Positions 1 through 10,900 of a stretch of 64,000 nt of DNA are shown here, one piece after another; the first letter of the stretch is position 1; each line of letters begins with the position of its first letter. The notes under the pieces are model-generated. The model made no database searches, was not told where the DNA came from, and worked only from the letters and a program-made list of their open reading frames with translations. Source of the DNA: an uncultured Bacteroidota bacterium (GTDB taxonomy: Bacteria > Bacteroidota > Ignavibacteria > UBA10030 > UBA6906); NCBI GenBank assembly GCA_963700635.1, contig CAVOYH010000003.1, positions 1,728,001 to 1,792,000 of the forward strand, in the 5' to 3' direction. Position numbers and translations under genes: made by a program.

Positions 1-2
1 AG

Positions 3-260
3 ATCGAACTGGGGCAGAATTATCCCAACCCATTCAATGCGATGACCGTCATACGCTTCATCCTGCCCGCCCCGGCCCGTGTCCGTCTGGTGTTGTACGA
101 CCTGCTTGGAGCGGAGATCGCCGTGCTGGATGAGGGACCCAGGCCGGCGGGAGAGACCGTGGTGCGTTTCAATGGGTCTGGTCTCGCCTCCGGTGTCTAT
201 CTGTACCGGCTCCAGGCCGGGCCGTGGCGGCAGACCCGGCGAATGCTCTTGATACGATAA
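3..260 (+). CDS. C-terminal end of a secreted protein with a T9SS type A sorting domain (5' partial)
   Basis: Frame open from the window edge: IELGQNYPNPFN...VLYDLLG...GLASGVYLYRL...RRMLLIR, the typical Por secretion tail. Confidence 0.9.
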   Translation: MELGQNYPNPFNAMTVIRFILPAPARVRLVLYDLLGAEIAVLDEGPRPAGETVVRFNGSGLASGVYLYRLQAGPWRQTRRMLLIR

Positions 261-269
261 GGCGGAACG

Positions 270-2147
270 GTGGTGCCACAGAAACTTACCATACGGATCA
301 CGACCGAGGACGTCTCCCTCGCTGAGAAGCTCGACGCTCTTCCCACGGACCCGGGCGTCTATCAGCACAAAGACGCCGACGGGAAAGTGCTGTATGTCGG
401 CAAAGCCAAGAACCTCCGGAACCGCGTTCGTCAGTATTTTCAGAAGTCCCGTTCGATCGATCCCCGCATTGCGCAGATGCTCTCCCGTGCAACCGACCTC
501 GAGGTGATTGTCACGGACTCGGAGGTGGAGGCTCTGATTCTCGAAGCCAACCTGATCAAGAAGCTGAAGCCGCGGTATAACGTCAACCTCAAGGATGACA
601 AGTCCTATCCCTACATTGTGGTCACCAACGAACCGTTCCCCCGTGTCTTCGTCACGCGGCAGATCCGCAGGGACGGGTCGCGCTATTTCGGGCCGTATAC
701 GGACGTGAAGAATGTCCGCGCCGCGCTGAAGGCCATCCGTGATATTTTCATGATCAGGAGCTGTAATTTCGTTCTGGATGACGACACCATTGCCAGGCGA
801 AAGGTCAAGGTATGTCTCGACTATCATATCAAGAAGTGTGAGGGTCCCTGCGAGGGACTGGTGACCAGCGCGCGATATCAGGCGATGATCGAGCAGGTTG
901 CGGCGCTGCTCCGGGGGAAATCGGAGTCGCTCATCCGTTCGCTGACGGCAGAGATGGAACGTCACGCCGCTGCAATGCGCTTCGAGGACGCGGCCCTGCT
1001 CCGCGACAGGATAAGAGGACTGCAGGCGTACGCTGAACGACAGAAGGCGGTCGATCTGGACAGCGTCGATCGCGATATCGTGGCGGTGGCCGGGGAGGGG
1101 GATGATGCCTGTGGCGTAATCTTCAAAGTTCGCGAAGGGAAGATGATCGGCCGGAGGCATTACTACCTCAGTAACGTTGAAGGAAGACCGTCGGGAGAGG
1201 TCCTGGGGACGCTTCTGCACCAGCACTATCTGGAAGCCGAGGACCTTCCACAGGAGTTGCTTGTTCAGGAACATCCTGATGACGAGGGCGCGCTTCTTGC
1301 CTGGCTGGGCCAGCGGCGGGGAGAAGGGATCAGGCTTACCGTTCCGACTGAAGGGGAAGAGGCGAAGCTCGTCCATCTGTCAAAGACAAATGCCAGGTTT
1401 CTGCTTGATGAATTGAAGATCCAGCGTCTCAAGAGGTCTGATGCTCTTCCACACGGGGTGACAGCCCTGCAGCACGACCTGCGCCTCGAAATTCCGCCCC
1501 GCCGCATTGAGTGTTTCGACATCTCGAACATCCAGGGAGCCGACGCCGTTGCGTCGCTTGTGGTATTTCTGGACGGCAAGCCCAGGAAGAGCGAGTACCG
1601 GAAGTTCAAGATCCGCTCGGTGGAAGGGCCGGACGATTTTGCGAGCATGCGCGAGGTGGTCGAGCGCCGCTACACCCATCAGCTTGCGGAACAGGCCACC
1701 CTTCCCGATCTCATCGTCGTGGATGGTGGAAAGGGCCAGCTTTCGAGTGCCGTTGAAGTGTTGCAGCGCCTCGGGCTGAGTGCGGTGCCGGTGATCGGGC
1801 TGGCGAAACGGCTTGAGGAAGTCTACCGGCCTGGCCGCAGCGAACCCGAGGTGATCGCTCGGACGTCGGGGGGGCTCCGGTTGCTGCAACGGATCCGCGA
1901 TGAGGCTCACCGTTTTGCCGTGGCCTATCATCGGACGGTGCGCCAGCGGCGCACCCTCCAGACGGAACTCGATCTCATCGCGGGCGTCGGGAAGAAACGC
2001 GCAAAAGAGCTGCTGGAGGCATTTGGATCGGTGCAGGGTGTCAGGTTTGCGTCCCAGGACCAGCTTTCGGAGGTCGTGGGGCAGAAGACAGCGGAGCGAA
2101 TAACGTCGTATTTTCGCGACGAACACGAAGATGAGGCAGGTGGCTAA
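270..2147 (+). CDS. uvrC: Excinuclease ABC subunit C
   Basis: GIY-YIG N-terminus (PGVY...LYVGKAKNLRNRV), RIECFDISN, DGGKGQ, RIRDEAHRFA, C-terminal HhH. Confidence 0.98.
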   Translation: MVPQKLTIRITTEDVSLAEKLDALPTDPGVYQHKDADGKVLYVGKAKNLRNRVRQYFQKSRSIDPRIAQMLSRATDLEVIVTDSEVEALILEANLIKKLKPRYNVNLKDDKSYPYIVVTNEPFPRVFVTRQIRRDGSRYFGPYTDVKNVRAALKAIRDIFMIRSCNFVLDDDTIARRKVKVCLDYHIKKCEGPCEGLVTSARYQAMIEQVAALLRGKSESLIRSLTAEMERHAAAMRFEDAALLRDRIRGLQAYAERQKAVDLDSVDRDIVAVAGEGDDACGVIFKVREGKMIGRRHYYLSNVEGRPSGEVLGTLLHQHYLEAEDLPQELLVQEHPDDEGALLAWLGQRRGEGIRLTVPTEGEEAKLVHLSKTNARFLLDELKIQRLKRSDALPHGVTALQHDLRLEIPPRRIECFDISNIQGADAVASLVVFLDGKPRKSEYRKFKIRSVEGPDDFASMREVVERRYTHQLAEQATLPDLIVVDGGKGQLSSAVEVLQRLGLSAVPVIGLAKRLEEVYRPGRSEPEVIARTSGGLRLLQRIRDEAHRFAVAYHRTVRQRRTLQTELDLIAGVGKKRAKELLEAFGSVQGVRFASQDQLSEVVGQKTAERITSYFRDEHEDEAGG

Positions 2148-2219
2148 TATTGATCCCATACCGCTTCTCCGTGTTTGTCAAATGGTCATGAGATTGGGAG
2201 AAAGGAACGGTTTCCTTCG

Positions 2220-2235
2220 TGGTACACAACTTGCA
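2220..2235 (+). promoter_or_regulatory. Putative sigma-54 (-24/-12) promoter
   Basis: TGGTACACAACTTGCA matches TGGCAC-N5-TTGCW with exact GG/GC spacing, 70 bp upstream of the ATG at 2305. Confidence 0.65.
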
Positions 2236-2304
2236 GGTTTTTCTGTGGGTTTTTGGGGAATTGGAGAGGGGATTTCCACGGGGGAGTGCGAGAAAGGGAG
2301 AAGT

Positions 2305-3009
2305 ATGACTGGTACCCGACCGAGGACGCCGGGCATCTGGATGACGGAACATCAGTTCTTCAGCCTTCTCGAAGAGCTGCACGTTATTCGCGTCTCGCGA
2401 CCGGGGGGCAAAATGATTATGCTCGATGTCTCCGGCGAGCAGGGAGTGGAATCTGTCGGTGTGACCGAACTGAAGAAACGGTCCCTCACTGCCCTTGCAG
2501 AGCTGGAAGAGCGGAAAGCAGAAATTGAAGAGAACCGGTTTGCAATGCCCGTTAATAGCGAGATTAACGCGGGAGGAAGTGTCAGCATGCGCGTCGATTT
2601 CGTGAAGCGAAACGATCAGCTGACGCCGGAAGAGGAGAAAGAGAAACAGGGATTGCTCGGGGATATCCTTGCTGCCATTGCACATCATCGGCTCGTGGTG
2701 GGAGGGATGAACTATCTGCAGGTGCACTATCGCGAACTCGAGCCCGAACTTGTCCGGCGGGAGTTCCCACTCGATCAGCTGAGCCGCGGGCAGACGATGG
2801 GAGAACGACTCCGGTGGAGCAAAGGGATCAAGTCGGCCGCTCTCTTCTGTATCCGCGAGAGCGAGAAGGAGTCAAATACCGGGAAGCCCATGATCGACAT
2901 CTGCCGGGAATTTCTGACACTGTATGCGATCGAGGGAGATGAAGCGTATTCTCCGGATCAGCTGTTCGGAAACATTCAGCAGATTCTCCTGCTCGACAGA
3001 ACCGGATAG
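2305..3009 (+). CDS. Hypothetical protein (234 aa)
   Basis: Uninterrupted ORF; SD-like AGGGAG before ATG 2305; the longer start at 2131 overlaps uvrC and the promoter. Confidence 0.7.
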   Translation: MTGTRPRTPGIWMTEHQFFSLLEELHVIRVSRPGGKMIMLDVSGEQGVESVGVTELKKRSLTALAELEERKAEIEENRFAMPVNSEINAGGSVSMRVDFVKRNDQLTPEEEKEKQGLLGDILAAIAHHRLVVGGMNYLQVHYRELEPELVRREFPLDQLSRGQTMGERLRWSKGIKSAALFCIRESEKESNTGKPMIDICREFLTLYAIEGDEAYSPDQLFGNIQQILLLDRTG

Positions 3010-3079
3010 GAGAAGATGGCCGGTATGATACGTGCGGCTCGCGCGCGTGGTCTACGTACGTTCACAGATGGAGGAAACA

Positions 3080-3316
3080 ATGAAAACCCTGCGCAACATC
3101 GCCATCGTGGTGCTCTGTGCTGTGGGAGGATTTATGCTTGTCCGTACGGCGGAGGCCCAGCAGGAGAGGCGTGGAAAGATTGTGTTGTGGGAGTATCGTG
3201 ACGGGGCAAATCTGAACATGAGCCAACTGAACACGCTCGGGGCAGAGGGATGGGAACTTGTGACGATCACGGCGTATGGAAAGGACTACTATTATGTGCT
3301 GAAGCGCCCCCGGTGA
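3080..3316 (+). CDS. Small exported protein, DUF4177-like
   Basis: GGAGG SD, signal peptide, then WEY...LNTLGAEGWELV...YYVLKRP, characteristic of DUF4177. Confidence 0.8.
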   Translation: MKTLRNIAIVVLCAVGGFMLVRTAEAQQERRGKIVLWEYRDGANLNMSQLNTLGAEGWELVTITAYGKDYYYVLKRPR

Positions 3317-3340
3317 ACGGGGGGGACCTCCGGTGCCGAC

Positions 3341-3371
3341 TTGCATGAGCGGGCCCAAATCCGTATATTTG
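3341..3371 (+). promoter_or_regulatory. Housekeeping sigma promoter for tRNA-Val (and probably pyrRBC)
   Basis: TTGCAT-17 bp-TATATT, ending ~14 bp before the tRNA. Confidence 0.7.
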
Positions 3372-3383
3372 CTCCATCTCCAC

Positions 3384-4153
<770 letters not shown>

Positions 4154-4180
4154 ACCGCCGACCAATCAGGAAACACGTTC

Positions 4181-5101
4181 ATGCCGCTGCAAAACAGACA
4201 TCTTCTCGGACTCGACGGAATGCGGCGCGACGATATCGAGTTGATTCTCGATACTGCCGTCTCCTTCCGTGAAGTGCTCGACCGTCCGATCAAAAAGGTC
4301 CCTCCGCTCCAGGGGAAGACCGTCGCCAACATGTTTTTCGAGAACTCAACGAGGACCCGTCTCTCATTCGAGCTCGCTGAGCGGCGGCTCTCCGCCGATG
4401 TTCTGGCATTCTCGGCGACGGGAAGCAGCGTCAGCAAAGGGGAGACTCTCAAAGACACGGCGCGCAACATAGAGGCCATGAAAATCGATATGGTGGTGAT
4501 GCGCCATCATGCGGCCGGCGCGCCGGAATATCTCTCCCGCGTGATCGAAGCGAATGTCATTAATGCGGGAGACGGATCACACGAGCATCCCACCCAGGCG
4601 CTGCTGGACATGTACACCATCCGCGAGAAACTCGGACGGCTGCACGACCTCCACGTCTGCATCCTCGGAGACATCGCCCACAGCAGGGTAGCCAGGTCGA
4701 ACATCTTTGGCCTGAAAACCATGGGTGCGCGGGTGTCCGTGTGCGGACCCGCAACGATGATTCCCCGTGATATCGAGCGTCTCGGTGTCGAGGTGTATCA
4801 TCATATCGATGATGTCCTCCCCTCGGTGGATGTGCTGAATATCCTCCGCATCCAGTTGGAGCGTGATGCCGGACGGTTGTTCCCGTCACTCCGCGAGTAT
4901 CACAACTTTTACGGCATCACGCGAAAACGTCTGGAGCGGGCGGGGCGCGTCATGACCATTATGCATCCCGGTCCGATCAACCGCGACGTTGAAATCTCCG
5001 CCGATGTGGCGGACAGCGAGCATTCAGTGATCTTGCAGCAGGTGGTCAACGGCGTGGCCGTCCGTATGGCCGTGCTCTACCTGCTCTCAACAAATAACTA
5101 G
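4181..5101 (+). CDS. pyrB: Aspartate carbamoyltransferase catalytic subunit
   Basis: FFENSTRTR, SKGETLKDT, NAGDGSHEHPTQALLD, MHPGP. Confidence 0.98.
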   Translation: MPLQNRHLLGLDGMRRDDIELILDTAVSFREVLDRPIKKVPPLQGKTVANMFFENSTRTRLSFELAERRLSADVLAFSATGSSVSKGETLKDTARNIEAMKIDMVVMRHHAAGAPEYLSRVIEANVINAGDGSHEHPTQALLDMYTIREKLGRLHDLHVCILGDIAHSRVARSNIFGLKTMGARVSVCGPATMIPRDIERLGVEVYHHIDDVLPSVDVLNILRIQLERDAGRLFPSLREYHNFYGITRKRLERAGRVMTIMHPGPINRDVEISADVADSEHSVILQQVVNGVAVRMAVLYLLSTNN

Positions 5102-5132
5102 TACCGAGTCCTGACCCTGGAAGGTATATGCC

Positions 5133-6419
5133 ATGCAACTACTTCTGAAAAACGGCCGCGTGGTCGACCCGGTCACCGGCAGGGATGAAATCCTGGATCT
5201 CCTCATCGTGGATGGCCGCATTGAGCGCATGGGCAAGGGGCTGCACGCGCCTTCAGCCCAGGCGATCGAACTGCGGGGTACCGTGGTGGCGCCGGGATTC
5301 ATCGATATGCATGTGCATTTGCGGGAGCCGGGCTTTGAGCACAAGGAGACCATCGCTTCGGGTTGCGCAGCTGCCGCTGCCGGCGGGTTCACCGCAGTCT
5401 GCTGTATGCCCAACACCAACCCGGCCATCGACGATGAGTCGGTGATCCGCTTCATCCAGTCCCGTGCGCGCATTGCGTTGGACGGCCTGGTGGACGTCTA
5501 CCCCATCGGCGCGGTGACCCTGGGCCGCAAAGGAGAGTGTCTGGCACATCTCGCAGAATTGGCATCGGCGGGCGCGATCGCTTTTTCCGATGACGGCGAT
5601 CCTGTCGCAGATACCGAACTCATGCGCCGGGCGCTGGAGTACAGCGCTATGTTCGGCAAACCGATCATCCAGCATGCCCAGGATCCGGCATTGAGCAAAG
5701 GGGGGGTTGCCAACGAAGGATTTGTGGCGACGTCACTGGGACTTCCCGTCATCCCGCGTCTTGCCGAGGAGCTGATGGTTGTGCGTGATATCCGCCTCGC
5801 CGAGTACACGGGCGGCAGCTACCATGTGGCACATGTGAGTACTGCCGAAACCGTCGAAGCCATCCGGCAGGCAAAGGCCCATGGTCTCCACGTGACCTGC
5901 GAGGTGGCTCCCCACCACTTCGTATTGACGGATGATGCGATCCGCACCTACGACACCAACACGAAAATGAACCCGCCTCTCAGGACGGCAGTCGATGTAG
6001 AGGCGATCAAGAAGGGGCTGCGGGACGGGACGATCGACGTGATTGCCACCGACCATGCTCCGCACTCCTTCGACGAGAAAGAGGTGGAATTTCAGGCGGC
6101 ACCCTTCGGCATTATCGGCCTCGAAACTGCGATCGGCCTCGCCGTGACGGAGCTGCTCGGAAAGAACATTCTCTCACTCCACCAACTGATTGAGAAGTTC
6201 TCGGTCCATCCCCGCCGCATCCTTCACCTTCCGGAAATCCGCATCGAAGAAGGCGCGAGCGCAAACCTGACCATCTTCGACCCGGCTGCAGAATGGGTCG
6301 TGGACCCGGCGGAGTTCCGTTCCCAATCGCGCAATACTCCCTTCCGCGGTCGGCGGCTTACAGGACGTCCGGTGGGCATCTTCAATAATGGCCGGGTCTT
6401 CTGGAACGCAACGTCCTGA
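5133..6419 (+). CDS. pyrC: Dihydroorotase (type I)
   Basis: DMHVHLREPG, MPNT, KMNPPLR, ATDHAPH; follows pyrB. Confidence 0.96.
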   Translation: MQLLLKNGRVVDPVTGRDEILDLLIVDGRIERMGKGLHAPSAQAIELRGTVVAPGFIDMHVHLREPGFEHKETIASGCAAAAAGGFTAVCCMPNTNPAIDDESVIRFIQSRARIALDGLVDVYPIGAVTLGRKGECLAHLAELASAGAIAFSDDGDPVADTELMRRALEYSAMFGKPIIQHAQDPALSKGGVANEGFVATSLGLPVIPRLAEELMVVRDIRLAEYTGGSYHVAHVSTAETVEAIRQAKAHGLHVTCEVAPHHFVLTDDAIRTYDTNTKMNPPLRTAVDVEAIKKGLRDGTIDVIATDHAPHSFDEKEVEFQAAPFGIIGLETAIGLAVTELLGKNILSLHQLIEKFSVHPRRILHLPEIRIEEGASANLTIFDPAAEWVVDPAEFRSQSRNTPFRGRRLTGRPVGIFNNGRVFWNATS

Positions 6420-6474
6420 AAACTGGACGGCTGCACTCCGGGGTAGACACCACACCGTTTCCGGTGGCCCGGAT

Positions 6475-6525
6475 TGTCCGAAATCGGGCACTCTTTTTCC
6501 GTGCCGGTCGTGGCACATGATTTGA
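6475..6525 (+). promoter_or_regulatory. Putative sigma-54 promoter with upstream palindrome
   Basis: TGGCAC-ATGAT-TTGA at 6511-6525 (GA instead of GC at -12); TGTCCG-AAAT-CGGGCA inverted repeat at 6475-6490. Confidence 0.5.
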
Positions 6526-6570
6526 CCCTCGTCGTGTGTAGAACCAGTACAACATGCACACGAGGCAATC

Positions 6571-7347
6571 ATGAAAACGTCTCTTGGTTTGACGACACTT
6601 CTGCTCTTCAGTCTTGCAGCCACCGGCTGCCACCATTTGCTGCACGGACCTGATGATATCGCTCCGTCGCCGCCGGGAGGTTTGCGCACGGCCACCGGCG
6701 ACAATTTTATCGAACTTTTCTGGTCGGACAACCGCGAGCCGGACCTGGCCGGATACCGTGTCTACGTCAGCTCGAGCTATGACGGACGATATGAGTTTAT
6801 CGGGTCGAGCGACATCGCATATTACTGCGACGACGGTGCACGCAACGGCAACGTCTACTACTATGCCGTCTCCGCATACGACTTTGACGGAAACGAAAGC
6901 GCTCTGAGCAGGGATGTTTCCTATGATATCCCCCGGCCCGAAGGGTACAATGTGTTGCTCTCCAATGCGCTCACGTCGCCGGGGCAGAGTTCCTACGACT
7001 TCTCACGCTACGCGGTGGTCGGCGTGGATGACCAGTACGCGGACATGACCTACGTCTGGTCATCCGGTACGCCCATGATGCAGGTCGATACCGACACTGA
7101 CATTCAGGACATGGGAACGACGGGATCGATTCTCGATATCGGGCAGGCGCCGGCCAGCGGGTGGTCCACGACCCATGACGTTCCGCTGAGAGTAGGCCAC
7201 ACATATGTGGTGTGGACATGGGACGACCATTATGCAAAGTTCAGGGTGACCACGGTGTCTTCGGGCCGTGTAGTGTTCGATTGGGCGTATCAGCTGGTTC
7301 CGGCAAACCGGCTGCTGAAGCGGAATCCCGGAAAAGAACGGAAATGA
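6571..7347 (+). CDS. Lipoprotein with a fibronectin type III domain and a beta-rich C-terminal domain
   Basis: Lipobox LAATG-C20; FN3 signature (ELFW...GYRVY...YYYAVSAYD.DGNES). Confidence 0.85.
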   Translation: MKTSLGLTTLLLFSLAATGCHHLLHGPDDIAPSPPGGLRTATGDNFIELFWSDNREPDLAGYRVYVSSSYDGRYEFIGSSDIAYYCDDGARNGNVYYYAVSAYDFDGNESALSRDVSYDIPRPEGYNVLLSNALTSPGQSSYDFSRYAVVGVDDQYADMTYVWSSGTPMMQVDTDTDIQDMGTTGSILDIGQAPASGWSTTHDVPLRVGHTYVVWTWDDHYAKFRVTTVSSGRVVFDWAYQLVPANRLLKRNPGKERK

Positions 7348-7451
7348 CCATCTCCGGGGCCGGTCCCCATGTCTTTCCGGTCAGTGCGGCATGGGGACGT
7401 GGTCCCGTTGACTTTCACCTCGCCAAGGTGTACTTTTTTTTACACTTCAGG

Positions 7452-7979
7452 ATGAGGTTTATGGGCATAGCCCGCTGTCTGTTCGTGTTCGTGGTGTGTG
7501 CCGGCTGTGTCAGCGTTGCTGCTGGCCAGCCGGGTTCGTCGCAGCCGGCCTCAGGTCCTCAGGTGCGCCTCCCTTTCCAGCAACATCAGATGCAGCGTCA
7601 ACAGCTTCTTCCTTCGCGCAGTCGTGACAGCGTCGCCGCACCGCACGCACGCGTCTTCGACGCAGTGCAGCGCGGAGTCGCAGAAAGTTCTGTCGGCACC
7701 TTCGCGGATCACTTTGCCTCACAGGTGTACCTCCAATTGCGGGGGAGCGATGGAGGGTACTACAGTGCAACACAGGCGTTTTACGTCCTCGATGCTTTCC
7801 TCAGGTCCCGGAAGACACTCGGCTGTCTCTTCAGCACGTTTGGCGCAGCCGAATCCAACCCCTACGCAACGGGTGGAGCAACGTTTGTCTCCCGGGGAAT
7901 CCGGGAAGACGCTCAGATCTATGTCGCCCTTCAACAATCGGGCGATCACTGGGTTATTACACACCTCAGCATTTACTGA
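7452..7979 (+). CDS. Exported DUF4783-like protein
   Basis: Signal peptide; FASQVYL...GYYSATQAFYVLDAF...YATG...WVI pattern; TTGACT-17-TACTTT promoter at 7408-7436 (alternative start 7461). Confidence 0.75.
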   Translation: MRFMGIARCLFVFVVCAGCVSVAAGQPGSSQPASGPQVRLPFQQHQMQRQQLLPSRSRDSVAAPHARVFDAVQRGVAESSVGTFADHFASQVYLQLRGSDGGYYSATQAFYVLDAFLRSRKTLGCLFSTFGAAESNPYATGGATFVSRGIREDAQIYVALQQSGDHWVITHLSIY

Positions 7980-7985
7980 GTCGCA

Positions 7986-10900
7986 ATGATCCCCGGAATG
8001 TCCGATCGATGGCAGCGCCTTGTCCGGCACCGCAGATGGCGCGACGCAGTGGTGATCGGGAGTTGTTGTGCGCTCCTGGGGATCGCCCACGTCGCCGAAT
8101 GGTTCACGATTCGCCATTTCGAGAACCAGGGCGAGGCTGAGCGAGACAGAAAGACGTCGGAGTACCTTGATGCGGCGGTCCGGGAGTTCGGGCAGATGCA
8201 GCGCACCGCCCGGAGGATCGGCGTGGAAGTCGGCCAGCATCCTGATGTGCTCAGATACCTTTCCGGGGAAACCACCGAACGACTCTCCCTCTTTGAAGCG
8301 GCAGCGCATGCGGTATCCGTCTCCTCCGTCGGTATCGAAATCTATGACGCAGCGGGAGATCTGGTCGCCTGGGCCGGATCCGGCGGGTCGGGAGGACGAC
8401 GCGAGGTCCTGATTGCGCTCGACGGACAGATGATCTCCCTTGTGTCCCACTCCGCCGTTTCGTCTCAGCTGTTTGTTGCTGTTCCCCTGCGTCATGCAGC
8501 GCGGATTCTCGGGGTTGTTGTGGTGCGCCAGACAATCGAGGTGGCATCACCTCTGCGGAACAGGTTTCTCGGTCAGGGGGGAATCACAGAGCGGGTTTCG
8601 GAAGCGCTGGGGGTCAGAGTTCGGTACTGGTACGGGCCTGAATCTCCCCCGCTTCAGGATTCAGTCTGGGTGAAAGCTCCCTTGTTCGGCATTGACAGCA
8701 GTCGGGTCGGGACCGTAGGCGTGCGACACTTGGCCCCGACTGCACTCGTGGGGCGAGTCTCGGCGCTCTTCGATCGGGTCATTGCAGCACTCGAGTGCCT
8801 TCTGCTGGTCGCTCTCGCTTTCCCGATCGGCCGGGTACTCTTCCTCCGCCCTCCCGTTGTGATTCGCATGATGATGCTCACTGGTCTGCTCTGGGGCGTG
8901 CGGTATCTCCTGGTGTTCCTCGACGCTCCGGCGAGGGCAATCGGCACGGAGATTTTTCAGCCTCTTATCTATGCATCCACCTTCGGCGCAGGACTTGCGC
9001 GGTCGGCCGGGGACCTGACGCTGACCGTTGGGACCCTGTGTGCCAACGTCTTTCTGATATTCAGGTTGCTGAAGGGGTACCTCGTCACGCCGCCTCCGGG
9101 CCGCCATCCGGGGGTCTCTCGCATCATACCGGCTGCGATTCTGACGGTTGTGCTCTTCTTTCTCCTCCGGGGATACGGAGCGACGGTCCGAAGCGTGCTT
9201 TTCGATAGCGCGCTCACCATTGGCGATCCCGCAATCCTGCTGCCTTCTCTGCCCATGGCCCTCCTCCTGCTCAACGGGATAGCGCTTGCGTGGTGCCTTG
9301 GTGCGGTTTCCCTTGCCACCTCAGGATTCCTGGCGCGGTTCCTGGGAAAAAACGGTCTCGTTCTTGTGGCCCTCCTCGTTGCGGTGGTGGCAGTCTGTAT
9401 GGGATATATTCAGTCGGAACCGCTCACGACCCTCCTCCACCGGCTGGTGTTTGGAGGCGCGGTTCTGGGAGTTCTCTGGATACTCTCTACGGGTCGTGGA
9501 CTCCCTTCCGGCAAACCGGCGGTTGCGCACTTTTTTGGGGTGACGGCGCTCTCGGCCGTGATTCTGCTGCCGCTTCTGGACCAGCAAACCGGGGAACGTG
9601 ACCGGGGGAAGATCGAGACGTTTGCCGCTGAAGTCCTCCGGCCCGTCGACGGATGGTTGAAGTTTATTGTGGAAGAGGCCCTGTATCAGATGGTGTCACC
9701 ACCGTCGGCGGAGGAGGACCCGGGACATGGCGCGTCGGGCTATGCCTTGCAGGCGTGGGCTCGGAGCGCGGCTTGCAGGGAGGGATACTCTTCGGTCTTT
9801 GAGCTCCTCGACGCCGACGGTAACGACGTCAGTCGCTTTGCAATCGGAGGGCAGGCCGGCGTTGCGCAACAGGTGGCATATTCCATCCCCCTGGACACTG
9901 TCGGCGTGATCCGGATGAAGAGCATTGGAGACGGGGTGAGTGCGGTGCGTGTGTATGGCGGGACTGTGCCGGTGTGGGACAGCGGGGGACGGTACGCCGG
10001 GCATGTCCGCGTAACGGTTGCGGCAGGGGAGCAGCAGCTTTTCCGGGGAGACAATCCGGCGGTCTTGCGCGGCACCTCACGGGAAACGCTGGAATCATTT
10101 TACCGTCCTGTGACGATTGCTGAATACCGTGACGGGTTGATTCTGCGATCGACGAACCCGGAATTCCCGTTCACGCGCGTTCTTCCCGTGTCGATTCGTG
10201 AAGAGTTGAAGACTCTCCGTCCGCCGATGGCGTGGATTGACGAGACGATCGGCGGAACGGGATACGAGACATTCTACGCGTTGCGCGGGTCGCACGGAAG
10301 TGATATCATCGGTTTGAGTCTGGAACGGCGATCGCTGTTACTGCGTCTTGTTGCGATGGCAAAGGTGGGAGCGGTATACGCGGTTCTGTTACTGGGGCTG
10401 CTCGCCCTCGTTGCTGCCCGGGGCTATCTTCGCGGGCAGCGGTACCGACCGGGTTTCCGCGACCGCCTGCTGGCGGCGATGGTGTTGACCGCATTGCTCC
10501 CCCTGGTGGTGCTCCTGATCTACAGTCAGAATGACGTGCGCGAACGTTTGCTTGAGACCATGTCACTCCGTCTCGATGACCAGACCGCGGCGATCGGGCA
10601 AGATATTGCCGGCATCGGCGAGCACGCCGACGCTTCATCGGAGCTCGAGCTCCGGGCAGATCGGGTGGAACTGATCGCCTCCAATGCCGGAACGGATTTC
10701 AATCTGTACGTCGACAATATGCTGCGAATCAGCAGCAGGCCGGAACTGTACGCAGCCGGCCTCCTCGACGCTCGTATCAGCGGAGAAGCGTATGCCCATG
10801 TGGTGCTCGGAGGCAAACGGTTCCACGTCGAAACGGAGAATATCGGGCTGTTCCGCTACGCGGTTGGGTACCGGCCGGTGCTGGACGCCGCGGGGGGCAT

